Program-made: the position numbers and the translations under genes
Part shown: piece after piece, positions 1 to 12,200 of the stretch
Layout of the letters: each line of letters opens with the position of its first letter
Position numbering within the stretch: the stretch's first letter is position 1
Origin: Macrostomum lignano
Lineage: Eukaryota
Reading direction: 5' to 3'
Length of the DNA: 64,000 nt
NCBI GenBank assembly: GCA_002269645.1
Contig: NIVC01001651.1
Coordinates: 186,001 to 250,000 of the forward strand
The notes under the pieces: model-generated
What the model saw: the letters and a program-made list of their open reading frames with translations, nothing else
The model's database searches: none
Told to the model about the DNA's origin: nothing

Positions 1-1819
1 TTTTTGTTATTTTTATCTTATCGGGAACTGGAACTGAAAAACCGGTCATGGAGGAAGTAAATAATTTTTCTGGTCAGTTGCGGGTTTTGAAATTGGGGTT
101 TCTTCGAAGCCGGTCGTCGTTGCGTTCGCACGAATTAAAGCCAGGAGATCGCGCAGATGAATCACAACGGAAGTCTTCCTAGCTCCTGTTTTACTCTGAC
201 TGCCGGGGTCCTCAAATTCCGGGGGGAGGGTAGTCTCAGTCGTAGGCGAGCGGTCTTCGTTAGGCGCAAGCGTTCAGTGCGGGTTCTCAGACGCCGTGAA
301 TTAATGTACCTTGTATGCTTATTTCGTTACTAACAGTAGAGTAGCGCTGCCACCACCGTAATTTGCGTAGTACGGAACGTTGAAGTCTTAGAGCTTTCTT
401 TGAGATGAGAACTTGGTTATTTTACGCCCCACGGGCAAATGACTTAAGATAAGCTATGGTCTTTATTAAGCAACGAGAATACCGAGTTAAATAAAAGCTG
501 AATAAATCAAGTTAGTTATTATTATTACGAGACGCGAGACGGTGCCGCGAGGGCGACTACAAGTTAAAGACTATTGGTTATTAAATGAATGCACTAGTTG
601 CAACGCGCAAGTGATTAATCAAGTAAAGTATTAAGTTAGCAGCGTGGAGGAAAAGAAAAGAAAGCGAGAAGAGGGAAAGCATAACTTTTGGCGGTCCCCA
701 AGACACCCGGATTGCGATTAAATTGGGAATTGCAATAAAATTGAAATAAGTGCAGTAATTGCAATTTTATTTCCTAAAAATTTGTTAAATTGCAATTTGC
801 TTGTTCAAGTAAATTGAAATTATTGCAATTCTCCTCAAATGTTTTTCTTTCTACTTACAGTAGAATACTTCGAATATTAAATTAGACGAATTGCAATTTG
901 ATGTGTCATAATACTGCTTTAAATTTTGTGTTAGCAATAAAGGAAATAAGCCAATAATTACAGTATGAATAGCCTAATTTTGTAAAGATTTGTTTTAGCA
1001 GTATTTTTTAGGGAAATGTTTATAATTTGTTTAAGTGATGTGTTGGGATTTGCTTTGAGCAAAAGTGCTGCAAAATGTCCGCCATTTTTATTATTTACCA
1101 TCCAAATATACTAAATCTAAATATACTAAATCTCTAAGGTTTGTATGTTTGTCCATAACGCTCTAGAGCGAGCAATTCTTCACCGATTTTGATCGCGTTT
1201 TCGCCAAAATCCAAATATACTAAATCTCAAAGGTTTGTATGCTTGCTTGAATGTCCATAACGCTCTAGTTAAATGCTAAGCCTGTTAAAGCTAACCAAAT
1301 AATTATTCTAGTAATAATCTAGTGCTTTTAATTTCCGTTTCAGTAGCCTAGCCCCTATTGTATTTTAGACCTAAGCCTAGTGCTGTGGCAGCTGTGCCTC
1401 TGTTGTGTGATTTGACTATGTATGTATAAGATATCTACATCATAGAGTTGGTCTATTGTATAGACTATAGATTGAATAGAGAGGTGGCAGGAAAGAATGT
1501 AATGCTGGCCCTATAAGATATTACCCTGTAAATGTAACTTGGTTGGCTGTGATAGCAGGCTTGCCTTCTTTATAGGCCTACAAGCTGTTGAAACCCGCGG
1601 AATTTGAACCCGGGGAATTCCAATCCCCGGAACTATTTTTGCATGTATTCTAAAATCTGAGGTCAAACTCCAACAAAAACTTGTTAATAGTTACGAAAGA
1701 GTTAAACATAAAATAGAGTACACATTTGTGTAAAATTAGGGTTTGAGACAAACATTGATATTGTTGGCTAGGGTGCTGCGCAGAATGTCAGGCAAACTCT
1801 GGCAGTCTGGCTGGCCTCT

Positions 1820-2086
1820 GCCTCTGCATCTGCCTCTCTGTCTCCCTATGCCCCTTGGATCCTTTGAATCTTCTCTTCTGTTTCCTCTCTTCTCTCTCGT
1901 CTCTTGTCTCTTCCTTCTCTTCTCTTCTCACTCCTTACTCTACCCTTTCAACACTTCCTTCATCTACTCCTCTCCCCTTTCTTATCTCTTCTCTCAACTC
2001 TCTCCTCTCCTCTCTCCACTCTCTCCTCTCATCTCTTTCCTCACCTCTTTTCTCTCTTATCTCTTCCCATTACTCTCTGCTTGCTC

Positions 2087-2130
<44 letters not shown>

Positions 2131-3200
2131 TCTCTCCTGTCTCATCTGTCTTCTCCTCTCTAATCTTTCCCCTCTTTCCTCTCCTCCCTCATCCTTTCCC
2201 CTCTTTCCTCTCCTCTCTCATCCTTTCCCCTCTTTCCCTGTCCTCTCGATTCTCTCCCCTCCCCTCCCCTCCTCTTCCTCACTCAATTCTCTCTCCCTTT
2301 GTCTCACCTCTCCTCTTTTCTCTCTACTCTCCCATCTCTCGTCTGTTCACTCTTGTTTCTGCTCTCTTATCTCCCCTCTCTCATCTGTCATTACTCTCTT
2401 ATACTCGTGTGTTCTCTCACCTCTCTCCTCTGTACTCTTCTTTTTCCCCTCTTTTGACTCCTCTCTTTTCTTTCTCCTTTCTTCTCTTCTCTTCTCTTCC
2501 CTCTTCTATACTCTCTCCCTCTCTTGTCTTCTCTCTTCTCTCTCCACTCTTCTCTCTCCACTCTCCTCTCTTCTCTCATATATCGTCTGTTCACTCTCAC
2601 CTTTGCTCTCTCATCCCCCTTTCTCTTCTGTCATCTCTACTCTCCTCTCTCCTGTGTACTCTTCTCTTTTCCCTCTTGTATACTCTCTCCCCTCTATTCT
2701 CTTCTCCCGTCTCTCTGCACTCTGCTCTCTCTTCCTTCATCTCTCATCTCTACTCTCTCATCTTTCCTTTCATCTCTCCCATCTCTATAATCTCATCTCT
2801 TTCATCTCTCCTCCTCTTTCCTTTACTCTTCCCTTCCCTCTTTTCTTTCTCAACTCTCTTCTCACACCTCTCTCCCCCTCTTATCTACTCTCTTCCCTAC
2901 CCTCTCTAATCTCTCCTCTCGATCCTCTCTCATCTCTCTGTTCTCTCATCTCTACTCTCTTCTCACTCTTCTCTACTATCCTCTCTCATCGATCCTCTGT
3001 CTCATCTCTCCCCTCTTCTCTCTCCCTCTTCTCACATTTACTATTTCCTCTCCCTCCTCTCTCCCCTCCTCTTGCTTCTTCCTCCCATATACTCTGCTGT
3101 CTGCTCTCTCCTTACCCCTCGTCTCTCCTATTATCGTCTATCTTTTTTCTTACCCCCCTCTCGCCCCTCCTCCCTTTCTAATAGTCTATTCCTTCTCCTT
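1820..3200. repeat. Degenerate CT-rich polypyrimidine tract
   Basis: Almost purine-free plus strand including (CT)n at ~2090-2128. The overlapping S/L/F/P-rich ORFs are compositional artefacts. Confidence 0.9.
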
Positions 3201-4397
3201 TTCACTCCCATCGGGCCCGCAGCCATGAGCTGGATAAAAAGCTGGATTTTACCTTTCAGGTAAAAATCTGCCGGTCCCTGCTTCGAAAGCCAGTTTGTGG
3301 GACGTAGTACTATCATGGTTGTTATCATTTCTCATGCTTTAATCACGTCATCTTTCTGGCCAATTCGCAGCCCTGAGAGGAATTTGTGTATCTCCAGCTC
3401 CATCACCAGTCTGCAGCAGTCTAACAACCAAGGAAATACGCATTTCTTAGGAGGCCATTTAAATTTTAAAGTACCTTATGCGAATCTTAATGTTAAAATT
3501 TTCATGGTGTAACTAATTTAGTAGGATTGCATTGTAATCACTACTAATCAGTTATTCATTAATTTTTCGCTACTTTTACAAACCATCCCACATCGCCTTG
3601 ATTTGCCATTCACTGTTAAACGGCTGCAGACTTGTCTATACAGAGAGGACACTGGTTTGAATCTCTCGCTAAACTGTCATGGCTAAACGTAGGCTCTCCG
3701 CGCGCGGGGTGCCGAGAAGGCTATTAAAAAGTTATTCCAAAACACTGTACATTTGCTATGTACATTGAGCCCTATCGCCTGACCCTCGTCTGGGCTGGGG
3801 GAATGAGTGAGTGAGCGGCACAAACAACAGAAAAAGCAGACAAACTTCACATGCTTACAGTTTCTGTCCTGATTGAGATACAGAGTTGAGACTTTACATG
3901 TAGGCAGAGAATGAGTCAATAAAGAATTGTGTCAAATTTGAAGTCAATCGCTTCACGTGGAGCAAAACTATGGCAGCCGAAAGTTAGGCATTTTAAAACC
4001 TATTCACACCCTTTGCCCAGATCGGGAAAGAGAGGCAGGCGGGCGGAGGTTGGGGTGGCTGCCTCGCTGAAAAAAACAGCCTAACTTTAAAAGTGCACAG
4101 CGGCTTTCAGGATTATCTTTGAGATTTGAAATTTTACACGATTGTGTCAAAAGAGTTGAAGATTGTTTGTGTCAAATTTGAAGAGAATCGGTAGAAGTGG
4201 GGCGGCGCTATGGAGGATTTAGTGAAAAAAATCGCGCATTTTGAGCAGTTTTTTGTACTTTTAGGTAGGAAGACTTGACTCTAGGAAATTAAAAGGTAGC
4301 CTAAGACATTCTCCGTAGTAAGTTTAGGGTGGGTGTAGTGTAAAGTTTGGTGTCATTTGGTTGAGCGGTTTGGGAGTCCATAGCGAACAAAATTGTC

Positions 4398-4401
<4 letters not shown>

Positions 4402-4439
<38 letters not shown>
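4402..4439. repeat. (CA)n microsatellite
   Basis: Uninterrupted CA dinucleotide run. Confidence 0.95.
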
Positions 4440-4443
<4 letters not shown>

Positions 4444-4949
4444 TTTGATTTTTATAGGTAGAGATTGCTTTGTGATAGTGGCCAAGTAGGTAGGGTAGGT
4501 CTAAATTGACTTAGGCCTATTTTTATAGGCTCTAATATTATTATTACTGTTGAAATATTAGCAATAATCCAATATAAGCAATTACTAATTGGAATATTAA
4601 GGATTAGGCCTAGGCTATGGGCTATGCTAGGCCTAATATTAAAAAAAAAGCAAATTTGCTTTTTATATTTATAATTTGCCTTGCCCAATTAGCCTTAAAT
4701 TTTATTCAGTCATAGTTCATAAAGCCAAGTATAGCTATAGGTAGGTACAAGGCCAACTCCTCCATTGGAGGAGAAAGGGGAAGAACTCCCATCACCGGAA
4801 TTCCATTCCCTGAATTCATCAGCTAAAATTCCATGACTTGAATGCCATCTTCCAAATCATCTCCAAATCCTCTGTAAAGCCTTTCAAATACCATATCTTG
4901 TTTTCCCTGTTCGCAAAAACTGACTGCCATTGTCTAGACTTAGATTTGT

Positions 4950-5520
4950 CTCTTCTCTTCTCTTTTCTCTCCTCTCTATTCTCTCTTCTCTTTTTGAAAC
5001 TTCTCCCCTCTCTTCTCTTATTTTCTCACTTAGCTATCTCTTTTCTCTTCTCATCGCATCTCTTATTTCTCCTCTCCTCATTACTGTCTTCTCTTAACTC
5101 TCTCATCTCTTCTCTCTTCTCTCTCCTTTCTCTCACTTCTCTCTCCTCTCACTTCTCTTATCTCTACTGCCTTATTTATCTCTTCTCCCCCGTCTTTTGT
5201 CTATACTCTCTCCTGTTTCTTTTTTCCCCTGTTTTCTACTCTCTCCTCTCTCATCCCTTATCCCTCATCCCTCATCTCACTCTTTTTCCTCTACTCTCAG
5301 TTCTTCTCTTCTCTCTCCTCTCATCTCTCCTGTCTCCCTCTGCTATTTTATATCTTCCCTCTTATCTCCTCTCTCTCTTTTCTTCTCCCTCTTCATTCCC
5401 GCTTTACTCCTCTCTTCTCTCCCATCTGTCATGTCTAATCTCTCCTCTCTAATTTCTACTCTGTTTTTTATCAACTCTTCCCTCCTCTCTTTTCTCTATT
5501 CTCTTTATTCTCTTTTCTGA
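4950..5520. repeat. CT-rich polypyrimidine tract
   Basis: Same low-complexity composition as 1820-3200. Confidence 0.85.
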
Positions 5521-5611
5521 CTGACTGAAAATGCCAAATCCATCAAAATTCTCTTCATGAAACAGAAATCCTCTCAATGAAACTGAAGAACATCAAAATC
5601 CTCTCTGTGAA

Positions 5612-5902
5612 CATACATGTGCAACAGTCGGCCGATCCGGCCGACCGATTTGGCAACCAACCAAGGAAGTCGCAAAAATGCCCACCCAAAAAAACACCAA
5701 GTAAAAGTAGTACTAAGTTGCTGACGAGGCATCTTGGCTTTTTAAGACAGTTATAGTTACTCCTCCCGTTTACCCAAAGTTGCGTTAATTTTGCTTTTGG
5801 GTTTTTTTACATGTAAGTCGCATTTTTGGCCAAAAACTATGTCGCATTTTTGCTAAAACTAAGTCGCACGGCCGACCGAATTTTGGAGGTTGCTTATGTA
5901 TG
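5612..5902 (+). mobile_element. hAT-like MITE, copy 1
   Basis: Termini CATACATGTGCAAC...GTTGCTTATGTATG, flanked by 8-bp direct repeat TCTGTGAA (5604-5611 and 5903-5910). CA..TG ends with an 8-bp TSD are typical of hAT elements. Confidence 0.8.
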
Positions 5903-5954
5903 TCTGTGAAACTCAATTTCTGATACCATAGAAATTCTCTCCGTGAAACTGGAC

Positions 5955-6249
5955 CATACATGCGCAACCTCCAAAATTTGGTCGGCCGTGCGACTTAGTT
6001 TTAACAAAATGCAAGGTAGTTTTTGGCCAAAAATGCGACTTACATGTAAAAAACTGTAAAGCAAATTTAACGCAACTTTGGGTAAATGGCAGGAATAACT
6101 ATGACTGTCTTATTATGCAAAATGCCTCGTCAGCTACTTAGTACTACTACTTAGGTATTTTTTCGGGTGGGAATTTTTGCAACTTCCTTGGTTGGCTGCC
6201 AAATCGGTCGGCCGGATTGGCCGACTCGGCCGACTGTTGCGCATGTATG
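5955..6249 (-). mobile_element. hAT-like MITE, copy 2 (inverted relative to copy 1)
   Basis: Termini CATACATGCGCAAC...GTTGCGCATGTATG, 8-bp TSD AACTGGAC (5947-5954 and 6250-6257). The body is a diverged reverse complement of copy 1. Confidence 0.8.
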
Positions 6250-8039
6250 AACTGGACTCCATCAAAATTCTCTCCGTGAAACTGGACTCCATCGAAATTC
6301 TCTCTGTCAAAAAGAATCAACTCTCAGGATTCATTGGTTAGGGTTAGGGTTAGAGCTATACACAGCAGCGTGTTGAAAGGGGCCAGTAAACAAATTGAAC
6401 AAATTTTATTAATTGAATGTACAACCAATTTCTTCGTCAGTCAGTATCAGTATTAGTTAAAGTTAACAAAAAATTGCGCAATCTAAATCAGCCATCCAAT
6501 CTGACAAACCCCCTTTCACTGTGCAGTGGCAGTTAGAAATTGAAACCCCCCAACTATTGGGGTGTCGGTTGAATCCCCATTGAACCCCAAAATGAGTACA
6601 CTCTACAGAACGTTTAAAGTATGGAAATATTTTTTCAAATGCTGTGCTTTTACTTTTCACATTTAAAGCAAACAAATTATATCCCCAAACTTAGCGTTGC
6701 AAGCTCTTTCCAGCAATTTAAGTCTCTCCTCTCAAAATTCAAATCTCGAGGAGCAGTTAGTGTTTGAAATTTCCCGATTTAAAGCATTGAAGTATAGCGT
6801 GTACATTCACCTGCCTGCTACTGCTAGCAGTAAGAGGCTCGCAAGTTTATTCATTGAGTTTCACTGCCCAGCTAATACACAGCCTTTTGAAAGACGCTGA
6901 TAATAAAACCTAATTGAATCTCGACACAGTCTTATCTATCTGTTTACACTGTACATTGCTATGTACACTCAGCCCAAACCAACCCCCTCCCCTTATTCCG
7001 TGGGAATCATTAAATTTTACTGCACCCCCAACATGCAGGGGTTTTATTAGCATTGAACCCAGAACACGCGTCACCCACCCCTCCAATACACAGCGGCCCG
7101 CGGGGGGAGGTTAGGGAGGTTGTTTTTACAATTATGCCACGACCCCTCCAGTGAAGAGGCAAAGTGGCCAAAGAAGGTTAAGAAAACAGTTTTTGTTTTT
7201 TTTAACGGACTTGACTTTTAATTTTTCAACATTAAAATAGCCTATTTGTTGCATAGGAAAATTCTGCATTGATATGTATAAGTCCCAAATTTGAGTTGCC
7301 AGCCATCTATGAGGAGATACGCGTTAAACCCAGATGGTCGATTGATTGATTGACCCATTTAGCTTTAGATATAAGATAGCCTAGCAAAGCTTTCATTGGC
7401 TCAGCTTTCTTGATTCTAGTATTTAAGACTTATGGAATGGCTATAGTGAGCTTGCCACTTAGGTATGCTATGCTATCCCATCCAGCTATTCTAAATGTCT
7501 CTATTCTATTATTGTATTATATTCTATCATTATTTAGGACTAAACTTATTATATTAGACTATAATATAACCTAAATAAAATATACTTTAATAGACCTAAG
7601 CCAACTAGGTGTAAGACCAAGATGGCCACACACCAAGATGGCCACAGCTGGGGTGGGGGTCACGGAAAATGACAGCTGGTTTACTATTGGATAGCTTTGG
7701 GTGGGGAGATGTGGGGTTGCAATGGGGCGGTTTAGACAGGCAGTCAAAATTTTATTAGCATATTTCAGGGCTAAAGACAAAAATGGTTACGAGTCTTAAT
7801 TTCCTACTTATAGTAGGGCCCTAAGAGGTAAATGTATTTCGCATTAAACAAATCTCTTCTTCATATAAAATCTGGTGTAGCTTTTTTCCATTTCTCTTAT
7901 TGGTCGAGACTAATTTACTTGTTCAAAGGGATAAAAACTGGGTAAATTTCATGCCCTGTTCAAAATTCATCTGTCTCATTCACTGACAGCAGTCTAAGCA
8001 TTTAGATATAAAATGGCTGGCGCATATCCATGTGTGGTC

Positions 8040-8934
8040 ACTACTATATGAACCCGTATCCGTTGATTTTGGAGGGGGGTGGGTGTCAACCCTCCTCGCC
8101 TCTCATTGGCTGGCGCCCCGATCACTAGGTGATCGATACCCGTATCGATATCGGCGCTCGGCGCGCGCGCGCCGCAGGCGCGTGGCGCCAAGCGCCGTCC
8201 AGCCGCAGGCGACCCTCCCGAGCCACCGGCGACCCTCCCCAGCCGCAGGCGCACCTACCGATATGTATGCTCACCCTACCGACATGTACCCCGATATGTA
8301 CACCCTCCCGAGCCGCAGGCGCACCCTCCCGAGCCGTAGGCGCCCATGCCGCAGACGCCCATGCCGCAGGCACCCCGAGTGTACACTCTACCGAGCCGCA
8401 GGCACCCCGAGTGTACACTCTACCGAGCCAAAGGTACACTCTACCACTCTCCCGATATGTACGATATGTAGTCAACGATATTAGGCTAGTGAAAACTACT
8501 TATAGTAGGTGAAATTGAGTATATTTACATAAAAATGTAGATAAAACATATTGGTAGGTGAATAATGACGCATATTGCATATTAAAATGTACATATTGGA
8601 GCATATGAGCAGCAAAAACACACAATGTAGGTGCATGGGCAGAAATAGACAAAGCAGGTACTGTAGGCGCTACATAGGTGGAAATACACACAGCAGGTTT
8701 ACAAAGTGTACTTTCGATACATATCGGATTAATGTATAAAGCAGGTTTACAAGGCATGCATAAGGTGTAGTTGTATAATACAGGCACGCATGTATAATCA
8801 GATTATAGGCAAACGCCCAGGTGCAACAGACGCGTAAATAATGTCACACCGACTAAAGAGTAAATATTGTCTAACCCGCAGGTGCATAAAAATTTTAAAC
8901 AAAAGCGGTTCGGGGAAATCCCAAAAGGGAGGTT
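8040..8934 (+). repeat. Left terminal inverted repeat (895 bp)
   Basis: Starts ACTACTATATGAACCCG and is the reverse complement of 16555-17449. The mirrored ORF translations of 95, 116 and 127 aa are identical. Confidence 0.95.
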
Positions 8935-9291
8935 CACGGCCTAATGACCCGATATACTTTCAACACAATTAAACCCACAAGTGGGCTAGAAAAATGGACA
9001 ACGTATTTCGATTGCGCTATCAGTACGCTAATCAGCGCAGCAAGTTCATGTCAGGAGTTCTACTCCAAGAGGCGGACCGCTGGGCCACAAACCGCCCCGA
9101 GGGAATAGGTGTCAAATGGGAGTTTTAACACTTGAGGGGATCCCGCTCAATGTACAGTGGAGGTGCCAAATGAGTAAGGACCCCTAAGTACAGTGCGGGC
9201 GTAAAACCATTTTCATCCCCACGAGTCAAGGGATCCCAAGTGGGCACATAGGGGAATCCCAGGCGTGCAAAGACAGATCCTTATCTTTCAC

Positions 9292-12200
9292 TCACTCCCG
9301 AAAGCCATACGGGCGGCTAGCGGCCCCATACACCCTCTTAGTCATTACGCGCTGGAAAGTCTTGTCCATCTCGAGGGTCCGGATTGTACAGCTAGCCTTA
9401 TCGCGCCTGAACTGGGCCTGGGGCAGGCGTACAGTCCCGCCGTGACGCAGAATTTCCTGCAGCTCGTCCTCGCGCTCGGAAATCTCGGGGTGACTCTGAT
9501 GCCCTTGCACTTGAGCACCGAGTACAGCGACCCGTCAGGCTTCTCCACCACGTACCGGTAGAGCTTGGGGCCTCCCGTGGTGAACTGTACCATGCGGCAG
9601 CCGCAGGTACCTCGTCAGTCCACTGCCCCAAACTCGAACCGCCCGGAGGCTCGTACTCGCCCGGAGAGCAGCGGTATACGACCCTGGGAGGAGGAGAAGG
9701 ATAAAGTGTTAAGGGGAGAAAGAGAGACAGAGACAGTTGAAAAAATTACTCACGAATCAGTATCGGCGTAAATGACGCGGGTTCCTAGACCCTCCAGAGC
9801 CTCGTAGAGTCGCAGCCGGGCGTGGGAGGTGGTGAAAACGCCAATAGGTACATTAGCGTACTTGAACGCCCGCTCGCCAGCACCGCCAAATCGGGGCTTG
9901 TACTCGAGCATCATGAAGCTCTCCCCAATTGGCTCGCACGACTTGACCTTGATCGAGGGGTCGGTCAGGCGCTGCAGCCACGCCTCGTAGCTGTCCACAA
10001 TCTCTGTGGAGGTCAGGTCGTCGCGCTGGCAGAATTTGCCCCAGAGCCTGCAGGGAAAAATAAATTTTATGTAAGTAGAAAAACACGGCCCCCACTGCAA
10101 GTAGAAAAAACTTACGAGTTTAGAAAAATCTTGGCCACAAAGCGCAAGCCAGGATTCTCCTCCACCTTTTCCAGCCGGACGCCTTCGCGCTCGAAAAAGC
10201 TGGCCATGTAGGCAGCCTTGGCGTCCTCAGCCATCCCCGGCGAACCGCTAGACTCGGCTTTGAGCTTCAAAAAAGTGTTTACATAATCTGCAAACAGGCC
10301 CGTGCGAGTCTCGGTCCAATAGGCCAGGGCATGAACTGACTGCAGCTTGTAACCCAACTGCAGGGCTTTGTGGAGCTCTGGGGTCGACCACGTGCCGCGG
10401 AGCATTCTCTCAGCGTCAGTGTGTGTACACTCGCTGCTGCACTGGGTCTCCATGCAGACGCGGCAGAGGCCGAAAACCAACTTCTTGTTAATCTTGGCGG
10501 GCAGTAGCGGGATGTGGAGATTGGTTGGCGGCAGAATCGACACCTCGGCGATGCCAAAATACCGGGCCAGCTGCAGCTCATCCAGTAGATGAGGCTCGGG
10601 GTGGTGTACCGGGTGCCCGACCGGGTACTTGTCAAACTTGTTGACAGTCGGGTAGAGCGACACCTAGGGGATAAGGATAAGATAAACTCAAACGCATGTC
10701 AACTGTGTGTGTGTACAAGTGTACAAACTTACCACATCCCGATAGCGCAGCTCTACAGTCTCGGTGGCCTCGGCGTGCGGGACAAAAGCCTCGGTACGGC
10801 CGCCAAACAGGGCATCCTCCAGGCGAATAGGCTGCTGGACTGGCGCTCCCTCGTCCTGATAGTCGTGCTCCCACAGAACACGCACATTGTATGCAGTGGA
10901 GAGCAGCCGGGTGAAGCGCTCAGTCTCCTCATAAATTGCCCGCATTGGCTGGTTCTTGAGCGGGTGCAGCACGTCGCCGTTGGGGAAGCACTTGGGACAG
11001 CCATGGAAGAAACAGCCATGAAACTGCAGCACTGTCCTGGTCTCTGGGTCGAAGCCGTCGACCTTACGGCCCATGGCGAAAGCCTCGCCGCCAGAATCGG
11101 CTGTCCGCAACCGGCCGCCAAACTCGGTTGCATTTAAATGTGCCAGCCAGCACCGCGCCTTGTGCGACTGTACATCGGACCGGCGGGAAATCACCCCAAG
11201 AGTGTTGGGCTCCATAAACTTGGTGGTGAATACCGACATGGCCAAGCCCGCAATGGTGTTGGATTGAACAAATGCGTCCAGTCCGCAAATGTCCTTAATC
11301 AGGCGGGCATATTTCAGGCAGCCTTCCCGCAAAATTAACGTGTCCTGCAGGCAATAGTCCAGGTACGCCTTATTAAAATTAAACACCTGTCCTCCTGCTT
11401 GGCCAGCCAGTCGGCGATGGAGTCATGCTGCTTATTCTTCTTCCCGCCGTACATATCAATTGAGCAGTAGGGACCGACGTACCCCCAATTTTGAGGCTGA
11501 TTGAAACGTGCGGGAAATCTCCTTTGGTCAGTTGGGTGCCCAAACCAAGCGCCTTTGGGAATTGCGCCAGACCAATAGGGATGAAATTGAGGCTGTCCTT
11601 GAAGGTGATCTTGTCGCACTTCATGTACATTAGGCGGCTGTTCTGGAAGATCACCTGCGGCTTCTTCTTGGCCAGTCCGTTGAGTAGGGCGCCGAGCAGG
11701 AGGAATGCGTCATACGCAGAGCCATTGTGCGCAATAGCAATTGCCCCCTGCTTGAACACACTAGTCAGCCAGCAGTAAAATGCATCGATAGAGTGCGGCC
11801 CGACAGATACAAACTCTCGCATCCCACAGGCACAGTCATTGTGCGAGACACAGCTCGTGAAATCCAGCGCCAGATTGCGTCCCGCAATGCAATTGGCTGA
11901 GCTGTGTAGTCCCCCGCACGCGCTGCAGCGGGGCCTGGGGAAGAGTTTGGGACACGCCTCGCAGGAGGTGGCAGCCGTAACCAAGTGTACCCGGTGCTGC
12001 TTGCCAGAGTCCACGTACGTCTCGAAATCATAGTAAACATACGGGGCGCTAGACTCTTTGGCTTTGGGCGGGGTGACAAAGCACTCGTGGGTGGCAGTTT
12101 CGTCGTACTGCTTGCAGACTGGGCACTTGGCGTAACCACACTGATGCTCAGGGGGCTGGCCTACTTTTAGTTCTTCTAGATAGCCACACGTGCCGCAAAC

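Noticed and set aside
1-700. Possible LTR-retrotransposon leader or gag remnant on the minus strand
   Set aside because: No PBS, LTR boundary or protein motif could be identified.
1743-3263. Long ORFs of 388 and 425 aa (and similar ones at 4838, 19142, 29385, 33616 and 38548)
   Set aside because: They arise from stop-poor CT-rich or tandem-repeat DNA, are open in several frames and have no domain-like content.
6337-6353. TTAGGG telomeric repeat
   Set aside because: Fewer than three units, so not meaningful as an interstitial telomere.
8032-8787. ORFs inside the Polinton-like TIRs (mirrored at 16702-17406)
   Set aside because: They derive from GC-rich iterons or AT-rich repeats with several overlapping open frames and no motif. 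They were used only as evidence of TIR identity.
8994-9128. 44-codon ORF MDNVFRLRYQY...KWEF just inside the left TIR
   Set aside because: Too short to support without homologs or expression data, though it follows the 31-bp direct repeat and is worth checking in other copies.
9490-11510. Programmed -1 ribosomal frameshifting as the explanation of the pPolB frame breaks
   Set aside because: Four successive shifts without canonical X XXY YYZ slippery sites would give negligible full-length protein. Indel error or mutation is simpler.
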